Part shown: in pieces, positions 45,135 to 54,397 of the stretch
How the letters are laid out: each line of letters starts with the position of its first letter
How positions within the stretch are numbered: position 1 is the stretch's first letter
Source: Gammaproteobacteria bacterium
GTDB lineage: Bacteria; Pseudomonadota; Gammaproteobacteria; Steroidobacterales; GCA-2729495
Length of the DNA: 64,000 nucleotides
Direction of reading: 5' to 3'
NCBI GenBank assembly: GCA_020851975.1
Contig: JADZBS010000030.1
Location: forward strand, 2,101 to 66,100
The notes under the pieces: model-generated
The model's database searches: none
The model's input: only the letters and a program-made list of their open reading frames with translations
Told to the model about the DNA's origin: nothing
Program-made: the position numbers and the translations under genes

Positions 45135-45166
45135 CCCTTGAAATCGGGCCGGCCGGTGCCTATTTT
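45135..45166 (+). promoter_or_regulatory. Sigma-32-like heat-shock promoter upstream of htpG
   Basis: CCCTTGAA-N15/16-(g)CCTATTTT, compared with the consensus CCCTTGAA-N13-15-CCCCATNT. It lies about 80 nt upstream of the htpG ATG. Confidence 0.45.
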
Positions 45167-45248
45167 GCTCCCGCCGCACTGACCCGCGAGCCGCGTACCG
45201 GCGCGCGTGGCACGGCCTGACGTATTTCTCCACCCGGACCGGAACCCT

Positions 45249-47120
45249 ATGACCCAGCGGGAAACCCACGGCTTCCAGGCCGAGGTGAAGCAGCTGCTTC
45301 ACCTCATGATCCATTCCCTCTACAGCAACCGCGAGATCTTCCTGCGCGAGCTGGTTTCCAATGCCTCCGATGCGGCCGACAAGCTGCGTTTCGAGGCGAT
45401 CGCAAACCCGCAGTACCTGCAGGAGGATGCCGCGCTCGCCATTCGCGTCGAAGCCGATCCGGCCGCCGGCACGATCTCGATCACCGACAATGGCATCGGC
45501 ATGTCGCGCGACGAGGTGGTGCAGCAGCTCGGCACCATCGCCCGTTCCGGCACGGCGGAGTTCCTGGGCAGGCTCAGCGGCAACGAGCGCGAGGACCTGA
45601 ACCTCATCGGCCAGTTCGGCGTGGGGTTCTACTCGGCCTTCACCGTCGCCGATCGGGTCGAGGTGCTCACGCGCCGCGCCGGCCTGCCGCCGTCCGAGGG
45701 CGTGCGCTGGGAGTCGGCGGGCGACGGCGAATTCACGATCGAAACCGTGGAACGGCCCGCGCGCGGCACGCGCGTGACGCTGCACCTGCGCGAGGATGCC
45801 CGCGAATTCGCCGAGGACCTGCGGCTGCGCACGCTGATCCGCAAGTACTCCGACCACATCGCCTTTCCGGTGCTGATGCGCAAGGCGGCGACGCAGGAAG
45901 GCGATGCGCCAGGCGAGGAGGCGGTCAATGCCGCCCGCGCGCTGTGGACGCGCCCCAGGGCGGAAATCAGGGATGAGGAGTACCAGGAGTTCTACCGGCA
46001 TCTCACGCACGACTTCGCCGAACCGCTGGCCTGGAGCCACAATCGGGTGGAGGGCAGGCGCGTGTACACGGGCCTGCTCTACGTGCCGGGCCACGCGCCC
46101 TACGACCTGTGGAACCGCGAGAAGCCGCGCGGGCTCAAGCTCTACGTCCGGCGCGTCTTCATCCTCGACGATGCTGCGCAGTTCCTGCCGCTGTACCTGC
46201 GGTTCATGCGGGGCGTGGTCGACGCCGACTGGCTCGCCCTCAACGTCTCGCGTGAAATGCTGCAGCAGGATCCGGAGGTCGACGCCATCCGCGGCGGCCT
46301 CACGAAGCGCGTTCTCGACATGCTCGAGCGGCTCGCCGGCGAAGAGCCCGGGAAGTACGCGGCTTTCTGGAAGGAATTCGGCCGCGTGCTCAAGGAAGGC
46401 CCGGCCGAGGACCACGCCAACCGCGAGCGGATCGCCAGGCTGCTGCGCTTCACCACGACGCGCAGCGCGGGCGACGAGCCCGATCGCAGCCTCGCCGACA
46501 TCGTCGCCGGCAAGGCCGAAGGGCAGAAGTTCCTCTGGTTCGTCACCGCCGACAGCCTGCCGGCGGCGCGCAGCAGCCCGCAGCTGGAGATTTTCCGCAA
46601 GCAGGGCGTGGAGGTGCTGCTCCTCACCGACCCGATCGACGAGTGGGTCACCGGCCACCTCGGCGAGTTCGAGGGCCTGGAATTCCGCGACGTGCGCCGC
46701 GGCGAACTCGATCCCGCCGACATCGGCGCGACACCGGATGCGGCGAAGGCCACGACCGGCGAGCACGCCGCGCTGGTCGAGCGGCTGAAGCAGGAACTTG
46801 GCGAGGCGGTGCAGGACGTGCGTGTCACCGGGCGGCTCACCGATTCACCGGCCTGCCTCGCGCTCGGCGACTTCGACATGGCGCCGCAGATGCGCCGCAT
46901 CCTCGCGGCGTCGGGCCAGGCGATCCCGGACGCCAAGCCGGTGCTCGAGATCAATCCGGCGCACCCGCTGGTCAGGCGCCTCGCCGGCGAGGAGCAGCCG
47001 GCCGCCTTCGCCGACATCGCGCGGGTCCTGCTCGATCAGGCCACCCTCGCCGAGGGCCGCCCGCTCGCCGATCCCGGCGCCTTCGTCCAGCGCCTCAACC
47101 GCCTCCTGACCGGAGGCTAG
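45249..47120 (+). CDS. htpG: Molecular chaperone HtpG (Hsp90)
   Basis: ETHGFQAEVKQLLHLMIHSLYSNREIFLRELVSNASDA.DKLRF and GQFGVGFYSAF. Full-length colinearity with HtpG. Confidence 0.95.
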   Translation: MTQRETHGFQAEVKQLLHLMIHSLYSNREIFLRELVSNASDAADKLRFEAIANPQYLQEDAALAIRVEADPAAGTISITDNGIGMSRDEVVQQLGTIARSGTAEFLGRLSGNEREDLNLIGQFGVGFYSAFTVADRVEVLTRRAGLPPSEGVRWESAGDGEFTIETVERPARGTRVTLHLREDAREFAEDLRLRTLIRKYSDHIAFPVLMRKAATQEGDAPGEEAVNAARALWTRPRAEIRDEEYQEFYRHLTHDFAEPLAWSHNRVEGRRVYTGLLYVPGHAPYDLWNREKPRGLKLYVRRVFILDDAAQFLPLYLRFMRGVVDADWLALNVSREMLQQDPEVDAIRGGLTKRVLDMLERLAGEEPGKYAAFWKEFGRVLKEGPAEDHANRERIARLLRFTTTRSAGDEPDRSLADIVAGKAEGQKFLWFVTADSLPAARSSPQLEIFRKQGVEVLLLTDPIDEWVTGHLGEFEGLEFRDVRRGELDPADIGATPDAAKATTGEHAALVERLKQELGEAVQDVRVTGRLTDSPACLALGDFDMAPQMRRILAASGQAIPDAKPVLEINPAHPLVRRLAGEEQPAAFADIARVLLDQATLAEGRPLADPGAFVQRLNRLLTGG

Positions 47121-47197
47121 AGTGCCGGGTCGAAGTTTCGAAGTTTTCCGTGGGCCTGACGTGGTCGGTTACACTCGCAGGCTGGAGACGACGTCCG

Positions 47198-47473
47198 GTG
47201 AGCACTGAAGCGAAGCATGCGCGGGGCCCCACTCCGCCGGACCCGCAGGCCGGCGAGCCACCCCGCTGGAAGCATTTCCTGATGACCTGGTCGGTCATCT
47301 ATCCGCTGGTGCTCTATGTGCCGCAGCTCATGACGCCCGCGTTGCGCCAGCTCGGCCTGCCGGTGAACGCTTACCTGGACACCCTGTTCGCCACGGTCAC
47401 GATCGTGTTCCTGATGGTGTACGTGATCATGCCGCAGTACCGGCGGCTGCTCGGCGGCTGGTTGTCGCGTTAG
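47198..47473 (+). CDS. Hypothetical small membrane protein (91 aa)
   Basis: GTG 47198 with GGAGA 10 nt upstream. Two hydrophobic helices (WSVIYPLVLYV, LFATVTIVFLMVYVIM). The start is uncertain. Confidence 0.5.
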   Translation: MSTEAKHARGPTPPDPQAGEPPRWKHFLMTWSVIYPLVLYVPQLMTPALRQLGLPVNAYLDTLFATVTIVFLMVYVIMPQYRRLLGGWLSR

Positions 47474-47492
47474 GCCAGGAGAAGTTGGTGCC

Positions 47493-48431
47493 ATGAAAGT
47501 CCTGTTCCACTATGAGGCCGGCCCGCGCCTGCGCGAGGCCGTCGAGGCGCAGCGGGGCGATGGCATCGACATCGTGTACTGCCCCGAAGGTCCGGATGAA
47601 CCGTTCCTCACCGAACTCGCCGATACCGAGGCCCTCTGGCACGTGCTGTGGCCGATCACCGCAGCGGTGATCGCGCGGGCGCCGAAGCTGCGCCTGATCC
47701 AGAAGATCGGCGTGGGCGTCAATACCATCGACCTGGCGGCTGCCGAGCGCCGCGGCATCGCGGTCTGCAACATGCCGGGCACGAACAGCCGGGCCGTGGC
47801 CGAGATGGCCCTGCTGCTGATGCTCAACACGCTGCGCCGTCATCATGCCGTCGAACAGGCCCTGCGCGCCGGCCAGTGGGTACCGGACGAGACCACGCGG
47901 GAATCCTTCGGCGAGATCGGCGGGCGCACCGTCGGGATGGTCGGGTTCGGCGCCGTGCCTGCCATCCTCGCGCCGATCGTCGAGGCCATGGGCGCCCGCG
48001 TGATCTACACCGATACGGTGGCGAAGGACGTTCCCTGGGAGTTCATGCCGCTCGATCGGCTGCTCGCCGAGGCCGACATCGTGACGCTGCACGTGCCGCT
48101 CGTCGAGGCGACCGCTCGCCTGATCAATCGCGAGCGTCTCGCCCGCATGAAACCCGGCGCGATCCTGATCAACACGGCACGCGGCGGCCTGGTGGACGAA
48201 GCGGCGCTCCACGAGGCGCTGACCGCCGGGAAGCTCGGTGGCGCCGGGCTCGACGTGTTCGCCGACGAGCCGGCCAGGGCCGACAATCCGCTGTTGCGGC
48301 TGCCGAACGTGACGGTGTCGCCGCACGTCGCATGGCTCACCCTGGAGACGTGGCGGCGCAGCATCGACACGGCACTTCGCAACGTGCGCGCCCTGCGTGA
48401 AGGGGCGCCACTGGTCCATCGGGTGGTTTGA
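47493..48431 (+). CDS. D-isomer-specific 2-hydroxyacid dehydrogenase family protein
   Basis: GVGVNTIDL, the NAD-binding VGMVGFGAV, and the catalytic region INTARGGLVDE..L......GAGLDVF..EP. Confidence 0.85.
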   Translation: MKVLFHYEAGPRLREAVEAQRGDGIDIVYCPEGPDEPFLTELADTEALWHVLWPITAAVIARAPKLRLIQKIGVGVNTIDLAAAERRGIAVCNMPGTNSRAVAEMALLLMLNTLRRHHAVEQALRAGQWVPDETTRESFGEIGGRTVGMVGFGAVPAILAPIVEAMGARVIYTDTVAKDVPWEFMPLDRLLAEADIVTLHVPLVEATARLINRERLARMKPGAILINTARGGLVDEAALHEALTAGKLGGAGLDVFADEPARADNPLLRLPNVTVSPHVAWLTLETWRRSIDTALRNVRALREGAPLVHRVV

Positions 48432-48760
48432 GCACTCCGCAGCGCGTCACGACCGGTCGTCAGGCCAATTGGTCAATTTCGTTGCGTAATTGTAACGGGT
48501 CGGCACGGGGGATTCAGCGGCTCCATCGCGGCCGGTGACATGAATCCAACGACCCGGGCGTTTCGCTGCGAAAAAGCCCACGCGACAGCCTCGCAACGAG
48601 GCACGGACGGTACGTAGTTTTCCTTATCATCCGGCGCGTCTGCGACGCGACCGACACGCTGCGTTCCGTCCCGGATTGCGGATTCTACGGTGGCACTTTC
48701 CGGTTGTTTCGGCACAATACGAGTGGTACCTCATCAACCCTCAACAGGAGCGACTTCCAC

Positions 48761-49327
48761 ATGAGTCCACAGCCTTCGACCAAGCAGCCCGCACCGAAGA
48801 TCCTCTCGACGCACCACTCCGCCTACCGGTGCTTCGATGCGGAGGAGACCCGCAAGTTCTGGGAGGACATCATGGGCATGGAGCTCGCCGCCGCGTTGTC
48901 CTTCGACAAGATCTCGGGGACCGACGTCAAGCTCGACTACATGCATCTGTTCTTCAAGATGGGTGACGGCAACTTCGTGGCCTTCTTCGACCTGCCGGAC
49001 CACATGCGCCCGGACCTCTTCAAGATCCGCAGTGGCTTCGTGCGTCACATCGCCTTCGAAGTGGCGACGGAAGCCGAGCTCGAGACCTTCGCCAAGCGCT
49101 GGAAGGATGCCGGGCTCAAGGTCGACTCCGACCTCGACCACAGCTTCGTCCGCTCGATCTACACCTATGACCCGAACGGCATCCAGGTCGAGATCCTCTG
49201 GAAGGAACCCAAGTACGGGGAAATCCTCGCCGGTGCGAAGTCCCAGGTGAAGGCCAGCATGGCTGCCTGGACGGCGAAGACCAAGGCCGCCAAGGACGCC
49301 TACCGCAAGCAGCACGCCGCCGCCTGA
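48761..49327 (+). CDS. VOC (glyoxalase/bleomycin resistance/extradiol dioxygenase) family protein
   Basis: HSAYRCFDAEETRKFWEDIMG...MHLFF..GDGNFVAFFD...HIAFEV...SIYTYDPNGIQVE. CAGGAG lies upstream of ATG 48761. Confidence 0.8.
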   Translation: MSPQPSTKQPAPKILSTHHSAYRCFDAEETRKFWEDIMGMELAAALSFDKISGTDVKLDYMHLFFKMGDGNFVAFFDLPDHMRPDLFKIRSGFVRHIAFEVATEAELETFAKRWKDAGLKVDSDLDHSFVRSIYTYDPNGIQVEILWKEPKYGEILAGAKSQVKASMAAWTAKTKAAKDAYRKQHAAA

Positions 49328-49383
49328 GCGCGGCGGGAGAGCCTGTCGGCGCCAGCCTGCGCCGCTGCTCCCCGATGATGGCT

Positions 49384-49413
49384 CCCGGTCGCCGGCAGGT
49401 TCGCCGGCGACCG
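49384..49413. terminator. 12-bp GC-rich hairpin between the convergent VOC genes (candidate bidirectional terminator, weak U-tracts)
   Basis: CCCGGTCGCCGG-caggtt-CCGGCGACCGGG, read directly from the sequence. Confidence 0.45.
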
Positions 49414-49444
49414 GGAAGTCCGTCGGGTCAGAAGGCCTCCAGCC

Positions 49445-50026
49445 CTATCCCGGGCGCTGCGCGCGGCGGCTGCGCCGGTCGATCGCCGCCGCGCCGAAGC
49501 GGCGCTCCTTGAAGGCGCGCATGCGCCGGCCCCACTCCGCCAGACTCGCGCGCGCCCGCGCCGGGTCGGACATCTCCTCCTCGTAGGCGCTCGTGCGGCA
49601 GGTCAGCTCGACCTGCAGACCATTGGGGTCGTACATGTAGATCGATTTCACGAAGCCGTGATCGATGGGTCCGAGACAGGTGACCCCGGCGTCGTTGATG
49701 TGCTGCTGCCAGGCGAGCAGCGTGGCCTCGTCCGCCACTTCGAGCGCGAGGTGGCGGTCGAAACTGTCCGCCCGCGCGAACTTGCCCTCGTCGGCCGTCT
49801 CCGGCTGGTCGAAGAACGCGATCGTCTCGCCATTCCCGAGCTCGAAGAACAGGTGCATGTAGGGGATGCGCTCGCCGCTGCCGGGCATCTCCTCGAACAC
49901 GGGTGCCGTGGCCAGCGGCAGGCGTAGCACGTCCTCGTAGAACCAGCGGGTCTGTTCGGCGTCGCGGCAGCGGTACGCGACGTGGTTGATGCCCCGGGGG
50001 CGCTCGAGGTTGGCGGACGTCTTCAT
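49445..50026 (-). CDS. VOC family protein, paralog of 48761..49327
   Basis: HVAYRCRDAEQTRWFYEDVL...MHLFFELGNGETIAFFD...HLALEV...SIYMYDPNGLQVE. Confidence 0.8.
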   Translation of the reverse strand: MKTSANLERPRGINHVAYRCRDAEQTRWFYEDVLRLPLATAPVFEEMPGSGERIPYMHLFFELGNGETIAFFDQPETADEGKFARADSFDRHLALEVADEATLLAWQQHINDAGVTCLGPIDHGFVKSIYMYDPNGLQVELTCRTSAYEEEMSDPARARASLAEWGRRMRAFKERRFGAAAIDRRSRRAQRPG

Positions 50027-50159
50027 GATCTGGGTTCTCCCGTGGGAATGAATTCGTATGCAGGTGCGATGACGCCGGAGTTTGACAACGAACGCCGGCT
50101 CGCCGCAACCCGGAAGGGTCGCGGGTCACGCCGATCGCCGGTCCGCCGTGTCGCCGCGC

Positions 50160-51713
50160 TCAGATCTGGCGGGTGCGACCAGCCCAGAAGGGTTCGCGCA
50201 GCTTCGCCTTGAGGATCTTGCCGGCGGCATTCATCGGCAGCGGTTGCTGTCGGATCTCGACCGAGCGCGGACACTTGTAGGCGGCGATGCGCTCGCGGCA
50301 GAACGCGATGATCTCGTCCGCCGTGGCGCTCACGCCGTCGCGCAGCATGACGATGGCGTGCACGCTCTCGCCCCACTGGTCGCTCGGAATGCCGATCACC
50401 GCGCACTGCGCCACGGCGGGATGCCGCGACACGATTCCCTCGACTTCGGTGGAGTACACGTTCTCCCCGCCCGAGATGATCATGTCCTTGATGCGGTCGG
50501 TGATGTAGACGAAACCTGCCGCATCCATGTAGCCGGCATCGCCGGTGTGCAGCCAGCCGCCACGAATCACCTCGCGCGTCTGTTCCGGATTCTTCCAGTA
50601 GCCTTTCATGACGGTGGGCCCGCGCAGCACGATCTCGCCCACGGTGCCGCGCTCCACCTCGCGGTCCTCGGGGTCCACGACCCGGACCTCGCTGGTGGGC
50701 ACCGACCGGCCGGCCGAGCGGGTCAGCCCGGCGTCGACGGCGGCCTTCGTGTGGTACTCGGGGCCGAGGTAGACAGGTCCCGGTGCCTCCGTCATGCCGT
50801 AGCCCTGGGCGAACTGCAGCTGCGGGAACCGGCGCCGCGCCTCCTCGAGCGTGCGCGGCGGCATGGGCGAGGCGCCATAGCCGAGCATGCGCAGGCTCCT
50901 CAGGTGGTAGGCGTCGACGTTCGGATGGAAGAGCATGCGCTCGAACATCACGGGCACCGACAGGCAGTAGGTGACGCCGTGCTCGTCGATGGCGCGCAGC
51001 GCATCCTCGGGTTCGAACTTCGGCAGGATGACGTGGGTGCCGGCGACCGCGGTGGTCACCAGGACGCCGATGCACGAGAGGTGGAACATCGGCGTGACGT
51101 GCAGGTGCACGAGCGTGTGATCGATGCGTTCCGAGGTCAGGAACGTGAGCAGGAACTGGAACAGGTTGTCGTGCGTCAGCATGACGCCCTTGGGGACACC
51201 CGTCGTGCCGCCGGTGTAGAAGATCGCCGCCAGGTCGTCGCCGCCGCGACGCTCGTCCGCCAGCGCCGTGGCAGCAGCGACCGCGGATGAGTAGGACAGG
51301 GCGCCGGCGATCTTCGACCGGTCCGCATCCATGACGACGGCCTGGCGCAGGCGCGGGATGCGCCGGCGCAGTTCGGCAACGATGTCGCAGAACTGCTCCT
51401 CGTAGAGCACGATCTCGGCATCCGCATGGTCGACGATGTAGGCGATCTCCTCGAGCTGCAGGCGGAAGTTGACCGGTACGAGCACGCCGCCGGCCCAGGG
51501 CACCGCGTACAGGCACTCGACGAAACGGGCGCTGTTCATCGAGATGATGGCCACCTTGGTGTCGCGGCCGACGCCAAGCTGCCTCAGCATGCCTGCCGTG
51601 CGCCCGACGGCCGCGTGGAACTCGCGCCAGGTCCGGCGTTCCTGGCCGAAGACGATGGCGGGCCCGTCCGGATTGATCTGGTTGGCGCGATGCAGGCTCA
51701 GGGTCAGTTCCAT
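50160..51713 (-). CDS. AMP-dependent acyl-CoA synthetase/ligase (fatty-acid--CoA ligase family)
   Basis: AMP-binding motifs IFYTGGTTGVPKGV, GYGMTE and TGD.GY.D..G...I.DR.KD.I..GGENV. Confidence 0.85.
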   Translation of the reverse strand: MELTLSLHRANQINPDGPAIVFGQERRTWREFHAAVGRTAGMLRQLGVGRDTKVAIISMNSARFVECLYAVPWAGGVLVPVNFRLQLEEIAYIVDHADAEIVLYEEQFCDIVAELRRRIPRLRQAVVMDADRSKIAGALSYSSAVAAATALADERRGGDDLAAIFYTGGTTGVPKGVMLTHDNLFQFLLTFLTSERIDHTLVHLHVTPMFHLSCIGVLVTTAVAGTHVILPKFEPEDALRAIDEHGVTYCLSVPVMFERMLFHPNVDAYHLRSLRMLGYGASPMPPRTLEEARRRFPQLQFAQGYGMTEAPGPVYLGPEYHTKAAVDAGLTRSAGRSVPTSEVRVVDPEDREVERGTVGEIVLRGPTVMKGYWKNPEQTREVIRGGWLHTGDAGYMDAAGFVYITDRIKDMIISGGENVYSTEVEGIVSRHPAVAQCAVIGIPSDQWGESVHAIVMLRDGVSATADEIIAFCRERIAAYKCPRSVEIRQQPLPMNAAGKILKAKLREPFWAGRTRQI

Positions 51714-51728
51714 GCGGTCATTCCTGTG

Positions 51729-53468
51729 TCAGGGCAGGCGCCAGATCGGCGAGGACCAGGCGCGTTCGCGAATCAGGCTGCTGGAGGCGGGGGTGCAGTT
51801 CCCCGCGGTTTCGCAGTCGTGCCGGGACCAGCGCCAGGTGGGGCGCTCGAGTACGCGGGCGTACCAGTAGGCGGGCCGGGCGGGATCGTAATGCTCGTCG
51901 CGGAACACCGCGCACACCGAGCTGCCGGACGAGTTCGTGCCGGCTGGCAGCGTGATCAGCTCTTCCTCGACACCCGCGGGGCCGAGCACGCCGCGCACGA
52001 TCTCGATGCGCTCCAGCGGTTCGCGATCCATGAGGGCCTGCACCACGAACCGGGGCCGGAATCGCCGGCCGTCGGGCAGGGTCCCGCCCATCGGGATCGC
52101 CTCCTCGGGCACCGCACCCGACCGGCACGGATCGGCACCGGAGGCGGGTGCGGCGAAGAAGCGCAGGACGATGCGCGGTCCGCTGGTACCGTAGACCTCG
52201 CGGCGCTTGAGCGCGGCGAACACGCTCTGCCGCGTGTTCTCCTCGGCCCAGACGGCGACGAGCCCGCCCGGACTCCAGTTCGGAAACAGCGAGAAGCGCA
52301 CGGCCGCGTTGACGTCGAGGCCGAAACCGCCGCGCCAGGCCTCCTCGTCGACGGCGCCGGCGGTGCCATCGTGGGTGTCGGTCGAAGCCATGGCGCCGAG
52401 CTGCAGCGGATTGATGCGCCGGCGCTGCTGCATCTGCAGGCCGCGGCCGAGCAGGTTGCGGTAGTAGACCGAGCGGATCCGGTTCCAGGTCGCCTCGTCG
52501 GGCGCCACCGCCCCCGGTCGCGTGAAGCGCGATGGCAGGCTCAGCTCGAACCCGCAGTCGCCCGTGTCGTCGGCGCCGAAGGCCGGCATGCACTCGCTCG
52601 AGCCCTTGTGCTGGTAGATCTCGGCGAGGCGCTCGTACCGGGCGCGCCGGCGCAGGCTGACCTCCGGGGCCGTCTCGACGTCGAAACCGCCGCCTTCGGC
52701 GAGATTCATGTTGTGCGGGATGGCGACGACGTCGCAGCCGTCTTCCGGGCGGCAGAGCTTCTCGAGGCTCTCCCACAGGTCATCGACCGTCGGCTGGTCG
52801 ACGGCGTTGATCGGGAATTCGGGGACTTTCTCCGAGGCGAAGATCAGGTTGCGATGCCAGTGCCGCATGTTGGGCGTGGCCGACCACTCGTTGCCGACGA
52901 ACGCCGTGAAGCGGCAGGGTTCGTTGGCCTCGTTCGCCATTTCCTGCACGCGCCGCCACTGCGAACGGCTCGAGTTCCGGCACAGCGCCTCGTTGCCGCT
53001 GCAGAGCGGTGCGCGCCTGGCATGCTCGTCGGCGAACATCGGCGCGACAAACTGGCGAAAACCCGGCAGGGCGGGATCGTGACCGTCTGTCTGGCGCAGC
53101 CGCACGCAGTAGTCGACGTCGCTGTAGGTCGGATCGGTGCAGTGGTAGGTGACGTCGAAATACTCGGCGTGATCGGTCACCGCGGCGAAGTCGAGCGGCC
53201 GCCGGAGGCGCACGCGGGTTTCACGGTCGCTCAGCGTCAGCTCCTGTCCGCGGGCGAAGGCGAAGGCGTCCGCCGGGTCGACGCGGACGCCGACCGCATA
53301 GGCGTCGATCGAAAACGACGTGTGCACGTGCAGGTCGCCGAAGAACACCTGCCGGGCGCCCTCGGCCGGGGCCGTGCAGGCGGCGAACACGGGCACGGCC
53401 GGCAGGACCGGGAACGCTCCTGCCAGGCAGGCCGCGACGATGGCCGATCGCATCCGGTAGTGCATCAC
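51729..53468 (-). CDS. DUF3604 family protein (PHP-like metal-dependent fold), exported
   Basis: A signal peptide followed by FFGDLHVHTSFSIDAY, the characteristic DUF3604 N-terminal motif. The start overlaps the upstream stop by 4 nt. Confidence 0.8.
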   Translation of the reverse strand: MMHYRMRSAIVAACLAGAFPVLPAVPVFAACTAPAEGARQVFFGDLHVHTSFSIDAYAVGVRVDPADAFAFARGQELTLSDRETRVRLRRPLDFAAVTDHAEYFDVTYHCTDPTYSDVDYCVRLRQTDGHDPALPGFRQFVAPMFADEHARRAPLCSGNEALCRNSSRSQWRRVQEMANEANEPCRFTAFVGNEWSATPNMRHWHRNLIFASEKVPEFPINAVDQPTVDDLWESLEKLCRPEDGCDVVAIPHNMNLAEGGGFDVETAPEVSLRRRARYERLAEIYQHKGSSECMPAFGADDTGDCGFELSLPSRFTRPGAVAPDEATWNRIRSVYYRNLLGRGLQMQQRRRINPLQLGAMASTDTHDGTAGAVDEEAWRGGFGLDVNAAVRFSLFPNWSPGGLVAVWAEENTRQSVFAALKRREVYGTSGPRIVLRFFAAPASGADPCRSGAVPEEAIPMGGTLPDGRRFRPRFVVQALMDREPLERIEIVRGVLGPAGVEEELITLPAGTNSSGSSVCAVFRDEHYDPARPAYWYARVLERPTWRWSRHDCETAGNCTPASSSLIRERAWSSPIWRLP

Positions 53469-54373
53469 AGCTCCTGTTCCGAGAGGGTGGTGGCGGCAAG
53501 AGCCAGCCGGCCCTCGGGGGTGGCCGGGTCGCTGCGTCCGGCGCCGGCCCGATAGGCCAGCGCGAGGTCACGCAGCAGCGTGTGCCTGGCGCGTTCGCGC
53601 ATGCGTTGCGTCCACGCGGCGACCAGCATCGCGCGTTTCTCCTCGAACGGCGGCGTCCGGGCGTCGATGCGCTCGCGCACGCGGACCAGGTGCCAGCCGA
53701 ACCGCGACGACAGGGGACCGATCCAGGCGCCTGCCGGTGCCGTGGCGACGGCCAGCGCGAATTCGGGCCCGAACCGCCCGGCCATCTCCGCTTCGCTCCA
53801 TGCGCCGATCTCCGGCCCCAGCGGGAACGCCTCGCCGGCGCCCGCCGGGCAGTCCGCGGCGGCGGTCGGCAGGCGGGCGGCCGCCCCGGTGGCGAAGGGC
53901 GTGCGCGAGTAGACGTGGCAGAAGGAGAAGCGCGATGGTTCATGCCAGCCTGGCGCCAGCTCGCGGTAGAGGTCCTGGAGTTCGGCCTCCGCCGGTTCCC
54001 GGCCTGCGAGTTCGGTCTCCTCGGTCAGCAGCAACAGCTTCTGCGCGAGGTGCTGGCGGATCACCAGGTCGTCACGGTCGAGTCCGCGGCGCAGTGCCTC
54101 GCGATAGAGCAGCTCGTCGCCGAGCACGCGCATGTCGGCCTCCAGGCGCTGCGCGGGGCTGAGCGCCGGCGTGGCGAGGTAGGCGGCCATCCGGCGCTCG
54201 GCCTGGTCGAGATGCCAGGCCGGTATCACGACACGGCGGGCCTCGAACCACTGCCCGAAGGCGAAGATCAGCGCGCCGGCGAAGGCGAACTGCAGCAGCG
54301 GCTCGCCGAGGATCCGCCGCAGCAGGGCGGTCACCCGCCGGATCGAGGATCGCTTCGAGCCGCCCACCTGCAC
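53465..54373 (-). CDS. Membrane-anchored PpiC/rotamase-like (SurA/PpiD-related) protein
   Basis: An N-terminal TM helix (LLQFAFAGALIFAFG) and a C-terminal segment (...GPLSSRFGWHLVRV..R) resembling parvulin-type PPIase domains. GTG start. The assignment is tentative. Confidence 0.6.
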   Translation of the reverse strand: MQVGGSKRSSIRRVTALLRRILGEPLLQFAFAGALIFAFGQWFEARRVVIPAWHLDQAERRMAAYLATPALSPAQRLEADMRVLGDELLYREALRRGLDRDDLVIRQHLAQKLLLLTEETELAGREPAEAELQDLYRELAPGWHEPSRFSFCHVYSRTPFATGAAARLPTAAADCPAGAGEAFPLGPEIGAWSEAEMAGRFGPEFALAVATAPAGAWIGPLSSRFGWHLVRVRERIDARTPPFEEKRAMLVAAWTQRMRERARHTLLRDLALAYRAGAGRSDPATPEGRLALAATTLSEQEL

Positions 54374-54397
54374 GCCAGTCTCGCCGGGTATGCCCGC

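Noticed and set aside
47131-47146. A tandem 8-mer CGAAGTTT-CGAAGTTT right after the htpG stop.
   Set aside because: There are only two copies. It most likely forms part of a weak T-rich terminator region rather than a repeat element.
48691-48707. TGGCAC...TTGT upstream of the VOC gene as a sigma-54 promoter.
   Set aside because: The spacing between TGGCAC and the TTG element is 7 nt instead of 5, and the -12 GC is missing. Sigma-54 promoters tolerate little spacing change.
48473-48715. An 80-aa minus-strand ORF in the long intergenic region.
   Set aside because: About half of the first dozen codons I checked have G/C at the third position, far below genuine genes here. The start is GTG without an SD sequence, and there is no family resemblance.
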